Assembly: GCF_000012905.2 (NCBI RefSeq)
Contig: NC_007494.2
Span: 270,001 to 302,000, forward strand
DNA from: Cereibacter sphaeroides 2.4.1
GTDB taxonomy: Bacteria; Pseudomonadota; Alphaproteobacteria; Rhodobacterales; Rhodobacteraceae
Reading direction: 5' to 3'
Length of the DNA: 32,000 nucleotides
Positions 17,540 through 27,171 of this stretch are shown here, one piece after another. The notes under the pieces are model-generated. The model saw only the letters and a list, made by a program, of their open reading frames with translations. It had not been told where the DNA came from and made no database searches. Position 1 is the stretch's first letter. Every line of letters begins with the position of its first letter. The translations under genes were made by a program, and so were the position numbers.

Positions 17540-18781
17540 TCAGCCGCCCAGCCGGCGCAGGAGCGGAACCGAGGGCTGGCCGGTGACCGGCAGGCCGTTC
17601 GCCGCCTCGTAAGCCGAGATCGCGGCCTCGGTCTTGCTTCCCACCACCCCGTCGGTTCCGCCGGTGTCGTAGCCCGCCGAGGTCAGGCGGCGCTGCAGCT
17701 CCTGCCGGTCGGCCTTGGTCATGCCGCGGGCGTCCGGCGGGAAGCGGCCCCGGATCGGCGGCCCGCCGCGGAGACGGTCCGACAGGTGCCCCACGCCGAT
17801 GACGTAGTTCTCGGCATTGTTGTAGCGGGTGATGACGGTGAAGTTGCGGAAGACCATGAAGGCGGGTCCGGCGAGCCCCATCGGGATGAGGATGGAAGCC
17901 GCGCCGTGGTCGGGCACCGCGCGCCCGTCCATGTCGCGCACGCCCATGGCCGTCCAGGCCGCCGGGCTGCGCGTGGTGCCGCGCCCCGCGAGGCCGCTGT
18001 TGAACCCGGCCGGAAGCTGCACCTCCACACCCCACGGCTGACCGCGCCGCCAGCCCGAGCGCGACAGATAGGCCGCGGCCGAGGCAAGCGCGTCCGTCGG
18101 ATCGTCCGACCAGATGTCGCGGCGGCCGTCGCCGTTGAAATCGACCGCATAGGCCAGATACGAGGTCGGGATGAACTGGGTGTGCCCCATCGCGCCCGCC
18201 CAGCTGCCGGTCAGATGGGCGGGATCGGTGTCGCCCGACTGCAGGATCTTCAGCGCGGCGATCAGCTGGCTTTCGAAGAAGGCGCCGCGGCGGCCCTCGA
18301 AGGCGAGGGTGGAGAGGGCCGAGACGATCGGCACGTCGCCCCGCCGCTCGCCATAGCGGCTCTCGACGCCCCAGACGGCGGTCACGACCTCGGCCTCGAC
18401 CCCGTAGCGGGATTCGATCTGCGAGAGCACGCCCGCATGACGCGCGAGGGCCGCGCGACCCAGCGACACCCGCTCCTCGGAGGCGGCGATCGAGAGGTAA
18501 TCCTCGGTCGTGCGGGTGAATTCGGTCTGGTTGCGGTCGCGCTCGATCACGTCGGGCAGGAAGCCCGCCGAGCGAAAGGCGCGGTCGAAGGTGCCGGGGT
18601 CGATGCCCGCGCCGAGCGCACGCGGCCGGAAGCCCGCCACCCAGGCGTCCCAGGCCGGGTTCGGCACGGCGCGCATCGCGGGCTCCGGCGCCGCGCCGGA
18701 ACCGATCCCGAAGCCGCCGCCGCAGCCGGCGAGCCCCGTCGCCAACAGTCCGAGCATCACCGCGCGCCGCGTCGCCTGCAT
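17540..18781 (-). CDS. Lytic murein transglycosylase (MltB/SLT_2-like) lipoprotein with a C-terminal peptidoglycan-binding domain
   Basis: This is an internal ATG (18781) of listed ORF 17540-18979, preceded by GGAGGAAACGGA. The lipobox-type signal is MQATRRAVMLGLLATGLAGCGG. The core contains VWGVESRYG and GAMGHTQFIPTSY. The C-terminal PG_binding_1-like segment reads LTSAGYDTGGTDGVVGSKTEAAISAYEAANGLPVTG. Confidence 0.9.
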   Translation of the reverse strand: MQATRRAVMLGLLATGLAGCGGGFGIGSGAAPEPAMRAVPNPAWDAWVAGFRPRALGAGIDPGTFDRAFRSAGFLPDVIERDRNQTEFTRTTEDYLSIAASEERVSLGRAALARHAGVLSQIESRYGVEAEVVTAVWGVESRYGERRGDVPIVSALSTLAFEGRRGAFFESQLIAALKILQSGDTDPAHLTGSWAGAMGHTQFIPTSYLAYAVDFNGDGRRDIWSDDPTDALASAAAYLSRSGWRRGQPWGVEVQLPAGFNSGLAGRGTTRSPAAWTAMGVRDMDGRAVPDHGAASILIPMGLAGPAFMVFRNFTVITRYNNAENYVIGVGHLSDRLRGGPPIRGRFPPDARGMTKADRQELQRRLTSAGYDTGGTDGVVGSKTEAAISAYEAANGLPVTGQPSVPLLRRLGG

Positions 18782-18782
18782 T

Positions 18783-18837
18783 CCGTTTCCTCCGGGTTCT
18801 TGTGATCCTGCCTCGAACCGGAGCCTAACGGAAACGG
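18783..18837 (-). promoter_or_regulatory. SD-sequestering hairpin in the transglycosylase 5' leader
   Basis: In the mRNA sense the sequence is CCGTTTCC-GTTAGGC-TCCGG-[22-nt loop]-CCGGA-GGAAACGG-A-ATG. That gives 8 bp plus 5 bp of perfect pairing, which covers the GGAGGAAACGG ribosome-binding site. Confidence 0.35.
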
Positions 18838-19121
18838 GCGCAGGCGCAATTGGCTCGGCGGCGCCCTGCCGAGGCGGCGCCTGAGCGAGGCCCCGCGGCC
18901 TGAACTGCCGCCGATCCTGTCGGCCCATGGACGCGAGCGCCTTTCGCGGGACAAGAGCAAGCGAAGGCCCAGCCTGCACGGCTGCCCGAGGGGCGCAATC
19001 GGATCAAAGCGCGCGGTTGAGCTTCTGCCTTCAGGCGCACCCGCCGCCCGTGCGCGGGTGGCACATCTGCAGGAGCGGTGCGGCCGGCCCGTTGGTCGGA
19101 CCGTCCGTCTCAGGTCCGAGG

Positions 19122-19331
19122 CTACTTCTTCTTCAGCGAATCGGGCTTATGCGCGGCGCGGGCGCCGGTCTTGTCGCTTTCGACGATATATTGCGGATCG
19201 TCTGTCGAGGCCTTGACCGCATGGCCCTTGATCTTCGTGTCGCGCGTCTGCTTCTTCACCACATGGCCCTCGGTCCGGCCCTGGCTCGTGTTCCAGACCA
19301 CGGCATCGCCCTTCTTGAGTTTATCGGTCAT
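19122..19331 (-). CDS. DUF2945 (Hva1-TUDOR-like) small protein
   Basis: This is an internal ATG (19331) of listed ORF 19122-19574, preceded by GAGGAGGACGG. The 69-aa product is MTDKLKKGDAVVWNTSQGRTEGHVVKKQTRDTKIKGHAVKASTDDPQYIVESDKTGARAAHKPDSLKKK, which fits the DUF2945 pattern as I remember it. Confidence 0.8.
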   Translation of the reverse strand: MTDKLKKGDAVVWNTSQGRTEGHVVKKQTRDTKIKGHAVKASTDDPQYIVESDKTGARAAHKPDSLKKK

Positions 19332-19471
19332 CCGTCCTCCTCGAGCGGCCCTGCGGCGACCCGCCGCGCATGTCAGGGGGACCGTCCTTGCGGCCCATGC
19401 GCGCAACGCAAACGGCGACCCCGCGTTCCTGTTTTGCCGGAGCGTCGCAACGTCACCCTTGAGAATTCGCC

Positions 19472-19500
19472 TTGCAAAGGTTTTCAACAGCGCATTTGAT
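19472..19500 (+). promoter_or_regulatory. Candidate sigma70-type promoter of the dpp operon
   Basis: TTGCAA (19472-19477), a 17-nt spacer, then TTTGAT (19495-19500), about 60 nt upstream of the dppA ATG in a locally AT-richer patch. Confidence 0.3.
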
Positions 19501-19561
19501 CCTGTCGAGGCGCCGCTCGTTCGCAAGAAGGCGGCACTTCCAACATGATGGAGGTTCACCC

Positions 19562-21160
19562 ATGAAATTCGCACATCTGCTGGCCGCGTCTTCGCTGGCC
19601 CTGATGGCTGCTGCCGGAGCCCACGCCAAGACGCTGGTCTATTGCTCGGAAGGGTCGCCCGAGGGGTTCGACCCCGCGCCCTACACCGCCGGCACCACCT
19701 TCGACGCGGCCTCGCAGGCGGTCTACAACCAGCTCGTCGAGTTCAAGCCGGGCACGACCGAGATCGCCCCCGCGCTGGCCGAGAGCTATGAGATCTCGGA
19801 CGACGGGCTGGAATACACCTTCCACCTGCGGCCGGGCGTCAAGTTCCACACGACCGACTTCTTCACGCCCACGCGCGAGATGAACGCCGACGACGTGATC
19901 TTCTCGTTCCTGCGTCAGGGCGACGAATCCAGCCCGTGGCACCAGTATGTGGCCGGGATCACCTACGAATATTACAGCGGCATGGAAATGCCGACCGTGA
20001 TCAAGGAGATCCAGAAGGTCGACGACCTGACGGTGAAGTTCGTGCTGACCCGTCCCGAGGCGCCCTTCCTCGCCAATCTCGCGATGGACTTCGCCTCGAT
20101 CCTGTCGAAGGAATATGCCGACAAGCTGGAGGCCGAGAACCGCAAGGAAGACCTGAACAACGCGCCGGTCGGCACCGGCCCGTTCAAGTTCGTGGCCTAC
20201 CAGAAGGACGCGGTCATCCGCTATCAGGCCAATGACGACTACTGGGCCGGGCGCGAGAAGATCGACGATCTGATCTTCGCCATCACCCCCGATCCGGCGG
20301 TGCGGATGCAGAAGCTGCAGGCCGGCGAATGCCACATCATGCCCTATCCGGCGCCCGCCGACATCGAGGCGCTGAAGGCCGACGAGAACCTGCAGGTGAT
20401 GGAGCAGCCGGGCCTGAACGTGGCCTATCTCGCCTACAACACCACCGTGGCGCCCTTCGACAATCCGAACGTCCGCAAGGCGCTCAACATGGCGATGAAC
20501 AAGGAGGCCATCCTCGAGGCGGTCTTCCAGGGCACGGGGCAGGTCGCCAAGAACCCGATCCCGCCGACCATGTGGAGCTACAACGACGCGGTCGAGGACA
20601 CGGCCTTCGATCCCGAAGCGGCCAAGAAGCTCCTCGAGGAAGCCGGCGTGTCGGATCTCTCGATGGAGATCTGGGCGATGCCGGTGCAGCGTCCCTACAT
20701 GCCGAACGCCCGGCGCACGGCCGAGCTGATGCAGGAAGACTTCGCCAAGATCGGCGTCAAGGTCGAGATCGTCTCCTACGAGTGGGGCGAGTATCTGAAG
20801 AAATCGACCGACCCGTCGCGCAAGGGCGCGGTCATCCTCGGCTGGACGGGCGACAACGGCGACCCGGACAACTTCATGGGCGTGCTGCTGGGCTGCTCGG
20901 CCACCGGCGACGGCGGCGCGAACCGCGCGCAATGGTGCAACAAGGAGTTCGACGACCTGATCCAGAAGGCGAAGGTCACGGCGGATCAGGCGGAGCGCAC
21001 CAAGCTCTACGAAGAGGCGCAGGTCGTCTTCAAGCGCGAGAACCCCTGGGCCACCATCGCCCATTCGACGGTCTTCATGCCGATGTCGAAGAAGGTCTCG
21101 GGCTATGTGATGAACCCGCTGGGCAAGCACAGCTTCTCGGGCGTCGATATCGAAGAGTGA
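19562..21160 (+). CDS. dppA: Dipeptide ABC transporter periplasmic substrate-binding protein
   Basis: The ATG at 19562 follows GGAGG. The signal peptide is MKFAHLLAASSLALMAAAGAHA. The mature N-terminus KTLVYCSEGSPEGFDPAPYTAGTTFDAAS...YNQLVEFKPGTTE is almost colinear with E. coli DppA as I recall it. Confidence 0.9.
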   Translation: MKFAHLLAASSLALMAAAGAHAKTLVYCSEGSPEGFDPAPYTAGTTFDAASQAVYNQLVEFKPGTTEIAPALAESYEISDDGLEYTFHLRPGVKFHTTDFFTPTREMNADDVIFSFLRQGDESSPWHQYVAGITYEYYSGMEMPTVIKEIQKVDDLTVKFVLTRPEAPFLANLAMDFASILSKEYADKLEAENRKEDLNNAPVGTGPFKFVAYQKDAVIRYQANDDYWAGREKIDDLIFAITPDPAVRMQKLQAGECHIMPYPAPADIEALKADENLQVMEQPGLNVAYLAYNTTVAPFDNPNVRKALNMAMNKEAILEAVFQGTGQVAKNPIPPTMWSYNDAVEDTAFDPEAAKKLLEEAGVSDLSMEIWAMPVQRPYMPNARRTAELMQEDFAKIGVKVEIVSYEWGEYLKKSTDPSRKGAVILGWTGDNGDPDNFMGVLLGCSATGDGGANRAQWCNKEFDDLIQKAKVTADQAERTKLYEEAQVVFKRENPWATIAHSTVFMPMSKKVSGYVMNPLGKHSFSGVDIEE

Positions 21161-21179
21161 AACGGCTAAAGTAACGGGC

Positions 21180-21208
21180 AGGCGCGCCGGGAGCACCCCG
21201 GCGCGCCT
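21180..21208 (+). promoter_or_regulatory. Intercistronic GC hairpin between dppA and dppB
   Basis: Perfect 12-bp stem AGGCGCGCCGGG/CCCGGCGCGCCT with a 5-nt loop, 20 nt after the dppA stop and 20 nt before the dppB ATG. No T tract follows. Confidence 0.5.
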
Positions 21209-21227
21209 CTCATCATTCAGGGCTCAG

Positions 21228-22235
21228 ATGATCAGATTCCTCCTCGGCAAGCTTGCCTATCTGATACCGACCTTCCTCGGCATCACCATCGTGGCCTTCG
21301 GCTTCGTGCGGCTCCTGCCGGGCGATCCGGTGCTGCTCCTGGCGGGCGAACGCGGCATCACGCCCGAGCGTCACGCCGAACTCTCGGCCCAGCTCGGCTT
21401 CGACCGACCCATCTGGGTGCAGTATTTCGACTTCCTCGGGAACCTGTTTCAGGGCGACTTCGGCCTGTCGCTGACCACCAAGAAACCCGTCCTGACCGAG
21501 TTCCTGACGCTGTTCCCGGCGACGGTCGAGCTCGGACTGGTGGCGGTCACGCTCGCCACGCTGATCGGCATTCCGCTGGGCGTCTTCGCCGCCATCAAGC
21601 GCGGCAGCTGGTTCGACCAGATCTCGATGGGCACGGCGCTGGTGGGCTATTCGATGCCGATCTTCTGGTGGGGGCTGCTGCTCATCATCTTCTTCTCGGG
21701 CATCCTGAAATGGACCCCGGTCTCGGGGCGAATCGACCTGCTCTACTTCTTCCCGAACGGCACCGGCTTCATGCTGTGGGATTCGCTCGTTTCGGGGCAG
21801 AAGGGCGCCTTCCTCTCGGCGGTGCGCCACCTGATCCTGCCCGCCATCGTGCTGGCCACGATCCCGATGGCGGTGATCGCGCGGCAGTCGCGCTCGGCCA
21901 TGCTCGAGGTGCTGGGCGAGGACTATGTCCGCACCGCGCGGGCCAAGGGCATGAGCCCCTTCCGCGTGATCTCGGTTCATGCGCTGAGGAACGCGCTGAT
22001 CCCGGTGGTGACGACCATCGGCCTGCAGGTCGGCGTGGTGATGGCGGGGGCCATCCTCACCGAGACCATCTTCTCCTGGCCGGGCATCGGCAAATGGATG
22101 ATCGACTCCATCTCGCGCCGCGACTATCCGTCGGTGCAGGGCGGCCTGCTGCTCATGGCGGGCGTCGTGATGCTGGTCAACCTGATCGTCGATCTCCTCT
22201 ACGGGGTCATCAACCCCCGCATCCGTCATTCGTGA
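21228..22235 (+). CDS. dppB: Dipeptide ABC transporter permease
   Basis: Listed 335-aa ORF, MIRFLLGKLAYLIPTFLGITIVAFGFVRLLPGDPV..., with the BPD-transporter EAA-type loop (YVRTARAKGMSPFRVISVHALRNALIPV). Confidence 0.9.
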   Translation: MIRFLLGKLAYLIPTFLGITIVAFGFVRLLPGDPVLLLAGERGITPERHAELSAQLGFDRPIWVQYFDFLGNLFQGDFGLSLTTKKPVLTEFLTLFPATVELGLVAVTLATLIGIPLGVFAAIKRGSWFDQISMGTALVGYSMPIFWWGLLLIIFFSGILKWTPVSGRIDLLYFFPNGTGFMLWDSLVSGQKGAFLSAVRHLILPAIVLATIPMAVIARQSRSAMLEVLGEDYVRTARAKGMSPFRVISVHALRNALIPVVTTIGLQVGVVMAGAILTETIFSWPGIGKWMIDSISRRDYPSVQGGLLLMAGVVMLVNLIVDLLYGVINPRIRHS

Positions 22236-22242
22236 GGGCTCC

Positions 22243-23145
22243 ATGACCGACGTGACAAAGCCCGTTTCGCAGGGCTCGGAAACGAAGCGCCTGCTGCGCG
22301 AGTTCTGGTTCTACTTCTCCGAGAACCGTGGTGCCGTGATCGGCCTCTGCGTCTTCCTCGCGCTCGTGCTGATCGCGGCCTTCGCCCCGCTGCTCGCGCC
22401 GCACAGCCCGACGCTCCAGAACCGCGACGCGCTGCTCGTGCCGCCGTTCTGGGAGCAGGGCGGCAACCCGAGCTTCCTTCTCGGCACCGATGCGGTCGGC
22501 CGCGACATCCTCTCGCGGCTGATCTTCGGCGCGCGGCAGTCGCTCTTCATCGGCTGTGTGGTGGTCTCGATCGCGCTCACGGGCGGCATCATCCTCGGCC
22601 TCGTTGCGGGCTTCTTCGGCGGATGGGTGGATGCGGTCATCATGCGGGTGATGGATGTGATCCTGGCCTTCCCGTCGCTGCTCCTCGCGCTCGTGATGGT
22701 GGCGATCCTCGGGCCGGGGCTGACCAACGCGATGATCGCCATTGCCATCGTGCTGCAGCCCCACTTCGCGCGGCTCACGCGGGCGGCGGTGATGGCCGAG
22801 AAGAACCGCGAATATGTCATGGCCGCGCGCGTGGCCGGGGCAGGGCGCCTGCGGCTGATGTTCCGCACCATCCTGCCCAACTGCCTCGCGCCGCTGATCG
22901 TGCAGGGGACGCTCTCCTTCTCGAATGCCGTGCTCGACGCGGCGGCGCTCGGCTTCCTCGGCATGGGCGCGCAGCCGCCGACCCCCGAATGGGGCACGAT
23001 GCTTGCCGAAGCGCGCGAGTTCATCCTGCGCGCCTGGTGGGTGGTGACTTTCCCCGGTCTCGCGATCCTCATCACCGTGCTCGCGATCAACCTCGTGGGC
23101 GACGGGCTGCGCGACGCGCTCGACCCGAAACTGAAGCGGAGCTGA
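22243..23145 (+). CDS. dppC: Dipeptide ABC transporter permease
   Basis: Listed 300-aa ORF containing ...PFWEQGGNPSFLLGTDAVGRDILSRLIFGAR... and ...EYVMAARVAGAGRLRLMFRTILPN.... Confidence 0.9.
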   Translation: MTDVTKPVSQGSETKRLLREFWFYFSENRGAVIGLCVFLALVLIAAFAPLLAPHSPTLQNRDALLVPPFWEQGGNPSFLLGTDAVGRDILSRLIFGARQSLFIGCVVVSIALTGGIILGLVAGFFGGWVDAVIMRVMDVILAFPSLLLALVMVAILGPGLTNAMIAIAIVLQPHFARLTRAAVMAEKNREYVMAARVAGAGRLRLMFRTILPNCLAPLIVQGTLSFSNAVLDAAALGFLGMGAQPPTPEWGTMLAEAREFILRAWWVVTFPGLAILITVLAINLVGDGLRDALDPKLKRS

Positions 23146-23149
23146 GCCG

Positions 23150-23997
<848 letters not shown>

Positions 23998-23998
<1 letters not shown>

Positions 23999-24846
23999 TG
24001 GCCCCGGTTCTCGAAGCCCGCAACATCGTGCGCGACTATGCCGGCTCGGGCGGCCTCTTCCGCCGGGCCAAGCCCGTGCGCGCGCTGAAGGGCATCTCCT
24101 TCACCGTCGAGCAGGGCCGGACGCTGGCCGTGGTGGGCGAAAGCGGCTGCGGAAAGTCCACGCTGGCGCGGATCATCACCCTGATCGATCCCGCGACCGA
24201 GGGCGAGCTGCTGATCGACGGCGAGCCCATCGACATCGCGACGCAGGGCCTGCCCGCGGGCCTGCGCCGCAAGGTGCAGATCGTATTCCAGAACCCCTAC
24301 GGCTCGCTCAACCCGCGCCAGAAGGTGGGCGACATGCTGATGGAGCCGCTGATCCTCAACACCGAGGACAGTGCGGCCCAGCGGCGCGAGAAGGCGATGG
24401 CGATGCTGGTGAAGGTCGGGCTTCTGCCCGAGCATTTCCACCGCTACCCGCACATGTTCTCGGGTGGCCAGCGCCAGCGCCTCGCCATCGCGCGGGCGCT
24501 GATGGTGAATCCGCGGCTTCTGGTGCTCGACGAGCCGGTCTCGGCGCTCGACCTGTCGGTGCAGGCGCAGGTGCTGAACCTTCTGGCCGACCTGCAGGAA
24601 GAGTTCGACCTCACCTATGTCTTCATCAGCCACGATCTTTCGGTGGTGCGCTACATCGCCGACGATGTGATGGTGATGTGGAAGGGCGAGGTGGTGGAAT
24701 ACGGCACCCGCGACGCGGTGTTCGGCGCGCCGCAGCATGCCTATACCCGCACGCTGTTCGCGGCGACGCCCGTGACCGATGTGGCGGCGATCCGCGCCCG
24801 CGTCGAGCGCCGCCGGGCGGCCGGCATCGGCGCCCCCGCCGCGTGA
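23998..24846 (+). CDS. dppF: Dipeptide ABC transporter ATP-binding protein
   Basis: The ATG at 23998 shares one base with the dppD TGA (TGATG). The protein starts MAPVLEARNIV... and has Walker A GESGCGKST, signature FSGGQRQR, Walker B LVLDEPVSALD and HAYTRTLF. The listed ORF (23623-24846) extends upstream inside dppD. Confidence 0.9.
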
Positions 24847-24941
24847 GGCTTCGGGGGCGGCCGCCCGCGGCCGTCTCCTCCCTTCGTGACCGACCTCGTG
24901 ACGCCTCCGCGCGGCCCGTCCGGCCGAGGGAGGCGACCTCC

Positions 24942-24959
24942 GGCGGCAGCGCTGCCGCC
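24942..24959 (+). terminator. Palindromic GC hairpin downstream of dppF
   Basis: GGCGGCAGCGCTGCCGCC is an 18-nt perfect palindrome, followed by the pyrimidine-rich run CCTCCCTTTCCCT. It is a weak terminator candidate. Confidence 0.3.
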
Positions 24960-24998
24960 CCTCCCTTTCCCTGCGGCACCTGTTCAGGAGGACCACCC

Positions 24999-25394
24999 TT
25001 GGCCAAGATGATCCACAGCATGATCCGCGTGCAGGACGAGGCGCGCTCGCTTGCCTTCTACCGCGAGGCCTTCGGCCTCGAGGTGGCCGAGCGGCTCGAT
25101 TTCGAGAGTTTCACGCTGCTCTATCTCTCGAACGCCGAAAGCGAGTTCGAGCTGGAGCTCACCGTCAACAAGGGCCGCGCGGAGCCCTATGCCCTTGGCG
25201 ACGGTTACGGCCATCTGGCGGTCTCGGTCGCAGATGTCGCAGCCGAGCATGCACGGCTGACGGAGGCGGGCCTCAACCCCCGGAAAATAGTGGATTTTGC
25301 CCCCGGCGGCGAGGTGATCGCCCGCTTCTTCTTCATCGCGGATCCCGACGGATACCAGATTGAAGTCTTGGAGCGCGGCGGCCGCTACAAGTAA
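24999..25394 (+). CDS. gloA: Glyoxalase I-like (lactoylglutathione lyase, VOC superfamily) protein
   Basis: This is the tail of listed ORF 23928-25394. AGGAGG (24986-24991) lies 7 nt before an in-frame TTG at 24999 (MAKMIHSMIRV...); ATG 25008 is the alternative start. Candidate metal ligands sit in the GloA pattern: H in IHSM, E in ELELT, H in GHLAV and E in QIEVL. Confidence 0.75.
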   Translation: MAKMIHSMIRVQDEARSLAFYREAFGLEVAERLDFESFTLLYLSNAESEFELELTVNKGRAEPYALGDGYGHLAVSVADVAAEHARLTEAGLNPRKIVDFAPGGEVIARFFFIADPDGYQIEVLERGGRYK

Positions 25395-25463
25395 GCTTCC
25401 GCCCGGTGCCGGCGCCCGGGTCGATCGGAGCGCTCCGGTCTCAGTTGGAAGCAAGGGGGTATC

Positions 25464-26867
25464 ATGCCGAAGAGCATGGGAATGGCCGTCGCCGTGCCGG
25501 TGACGCTCGCGGTCATCGCGGCCGGGGGTGCCGGCGTCGGGGCCTACATGTACAACGAGCGCAACCTCGCGCTCGAGGAACTGGCGCGGCAGTCCGAGCT
25601 GAGCGGCTCGATTGCGACGCTCGAGACCGAGGTCGCGGGCCTGACCTCGCAGGTCAAGGCCGCCGAGGGGCAGCTTGGCGATCTGAACGGCCAGCTCGAG
25701 GCCGCCAAGGCCGAACTGGCCGAGGTTCAGGGCCAGCATGACCGCCTCTCCTCCGAGCTCGAGCCGATGCGCGCGGAGATCGCGAGCTTCGATAGCCGGA
25801 AGGCCGAGGCCGAGGAGAGCACCGCGAAGGCCATCGCCGATTTTCAGGCGGCGGACGCGCGGCTGAAGGAGCTGACGGACCGCGAGGACAACCTGCGCGC
25901 CACCGTCTCGAAGCTCGCGGCCGAGGTGCAGGATCTCGACCGCCGGATGGAGGGCCTGCGCGCCGAAAGCGGGGCGCTGGTGGCGGCGGCCCAGTCGGCC
26001 GCCCGGCAGCGCACGGATCTGCAGGGCATGGTCGAGACGCTGGCGGGCCTCCTCGCCACCCGGTCGGAGGAGCTGGTGCAGCTCGAACGGCGGATCGGCG
26101 AGCAGGATCTGAAGGTGCCCGCCGCAGGCCCGGCTCCGCTCGCCGCTGCCGCGGGTGCGGCCTCGCAGGCCCCGGACGGGGCGGGCGCCGCAGAGCCGGC
26201 CGCGAAGGAGGCCGAGACCGCCGCGCCGGAGACGGACGCCGCAGGGCAGACCGCTTCGCAGGCCGAAGGCTCGGAGGCAGGGTCCCAGCCTGCGGCCGAA
26301 CCGGAGGCGGCCGAGGCCGACGGCGGGAATGGCGCAGCCGAGGAGCCGGAGGCGGGTGCGCAGGACGAGGGTGCCGACGCCGCGGCCGAGCCGGCCCCGA
26401 CTGGCGCATCGGAGGATGCGCCGGATGACGCCGCAGCCGAAGGATCGACCGCAGAGGCCGAAGCGGCACCTGAGGCATCCGGGAGTACGGCTGGAGCGTC
26501 TGATGACGCGGCCTCCCAGGGATCGACCGCCGCCAGCGAGGAACCCGAAGCCGCGCCTCCGTCCGAGGCGCCTGCGAAGGCCGAGGCTCCGGACCTCGGA
26601 GCCGGGACCTACGGGATCGGGCCGCTGTTCGCGACCTTCTCTCCCGACGGCTCCTTCACCATGCGGAATGTCGAACTCGACACCTCGGCTTCAGGCAAGT
26701 GGGAGGTGACCGATGGTCTCCTCACGCTCTCCGACCCCGAGGGCGGCAGCGGCTCCTCGAGCTTTCCCATGCTGTGCCAGCTGGTGAAGGAGGCGGAGGC
26801 GCTGAAGCTTGCCAAGGCGCAGACCGGCAGCTGCCCGCTCGCCGGCATGGAGATCGCCCGCCGCTGA
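25464..26867 (+). CDS. Membrane-anchored protein of unknown function, with a coiled-coil region, a long acidic Ala/Glu/Pro/Gly-rich region and a small C-terminal domain
   Basis: Listed 467-aa ORF, with GGGGG 5 nt upstream of the ATG. It has an N-terminal TM helix (MAVAVPVTLAVIAAGGAGVGAY), ~190 aa of heptad-like sequence, ~170 aa of low-complexity acidic sequence and a ~95-aa C-terminal segment with 2 Cys. It reads as coding throughout, but I recognise no family. Confidence 0.7.
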   Translation: MPKSMGMAVAVPVTLAVIAAGGAGVGAYMYNERNLALEELARQSELSGSIATLETEVAGLTSQVKAAEGQLGDLNGQLEAAKAELAEVQGQHDRLSSELEPMRAEIASFDSRKAEAEESTAKAIADFQAADARLKELTDREDNLRATVSKLAAEVQDLDRRMEGLRAESGALVAAAQSAARQRTDLQGMVETLAGLLATRSEELVQLERRIGEQDLKVPAAGPAPLAAAAGAASQAPDGAGAAEPAAKEAETAAPETDAAGQTASQAEGSEAGSQPAAEPEAAEADGGNGAAEEPEAGAQDEGADAAAEPAPTGASEDAPDDAAAEGSTAEAEAAPEASGSTAGASDDAASQGSTAASEEPEAAPPSEAPAKAEAPDLGAGTYGIGPLFATFSPDGSFTMRNVELDTSASGKWEVTDGLLTLSDPEGGSGSSSFPMLCQLVKEAEALKLAKAQTGSCPLAGMEIARR

Positions 26868-26880
26868 GACGGAAGCCCCT

Positions 26881-26911
26881 GACCCTCGCCGGGCTCCGCC
26901 GGGCGAGGGTC
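26881..26911. terminator. Hairpin between convergent genes; a candidate terminator
   Basis: Perfect 10-bp stem GACCCTCGCC/GGCGAGGGTC with an 11-nt loop, 14 nt after the stop codon at 26865-26867. It is followed by GCCGTTGTCTCC, a weak U tract. Confidence 0.4.
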
Positions 26912-27171
26912 GCCGTTGTCTCCCGCTCGACGCCTTACAGCTTGCGGTCCGACGCGATCCGATGTCGGGAAGCGAGCCGGAGCACGATGCCTTGAGCCTC
27001 CTCGGACGGCGCCCTCTGCTCGTGATCCGAGAGCTGAGGGTGGAGCCGGCGGTTGAAGAGAGCACGGTCGCCGGTCGGCCGTTGAATGAGGCACGGGTGC
27101 CGGCGATTTCTCAAAGGCGCTCCGCCCGGCTCGGGAGTTTGCTTCGGGCAGCCCATAAGCTACGGCTCGTC

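Noticed and set aside
18803-18832. TGATCC-N17-TAACGG on the plus strand, which resembles an ECF-sigma (RpoE-type) promoter
   Set aside because: It points into the antisense strand of the DUF2945 gene, with no plus-strand gene to serve. My memory of the consensus is imprecise. It also overlaps the loop of the SD-sequestering hairpin and is probably coincidental.
26935-27156. 73-aa minus-strand ORF directly downstream of the sensor kinase 27172-28566
   Set aside because: The product is basic and Arg/Pro-rich (MGCPKQTPEPGGAPLRNRRHPCLIQRPTGDRALFNRR...) with no hydrophobic core or motif. No clear SD lies in the 15-nt spacer. GC3 is only moderately high. I cannot support it as a gene.
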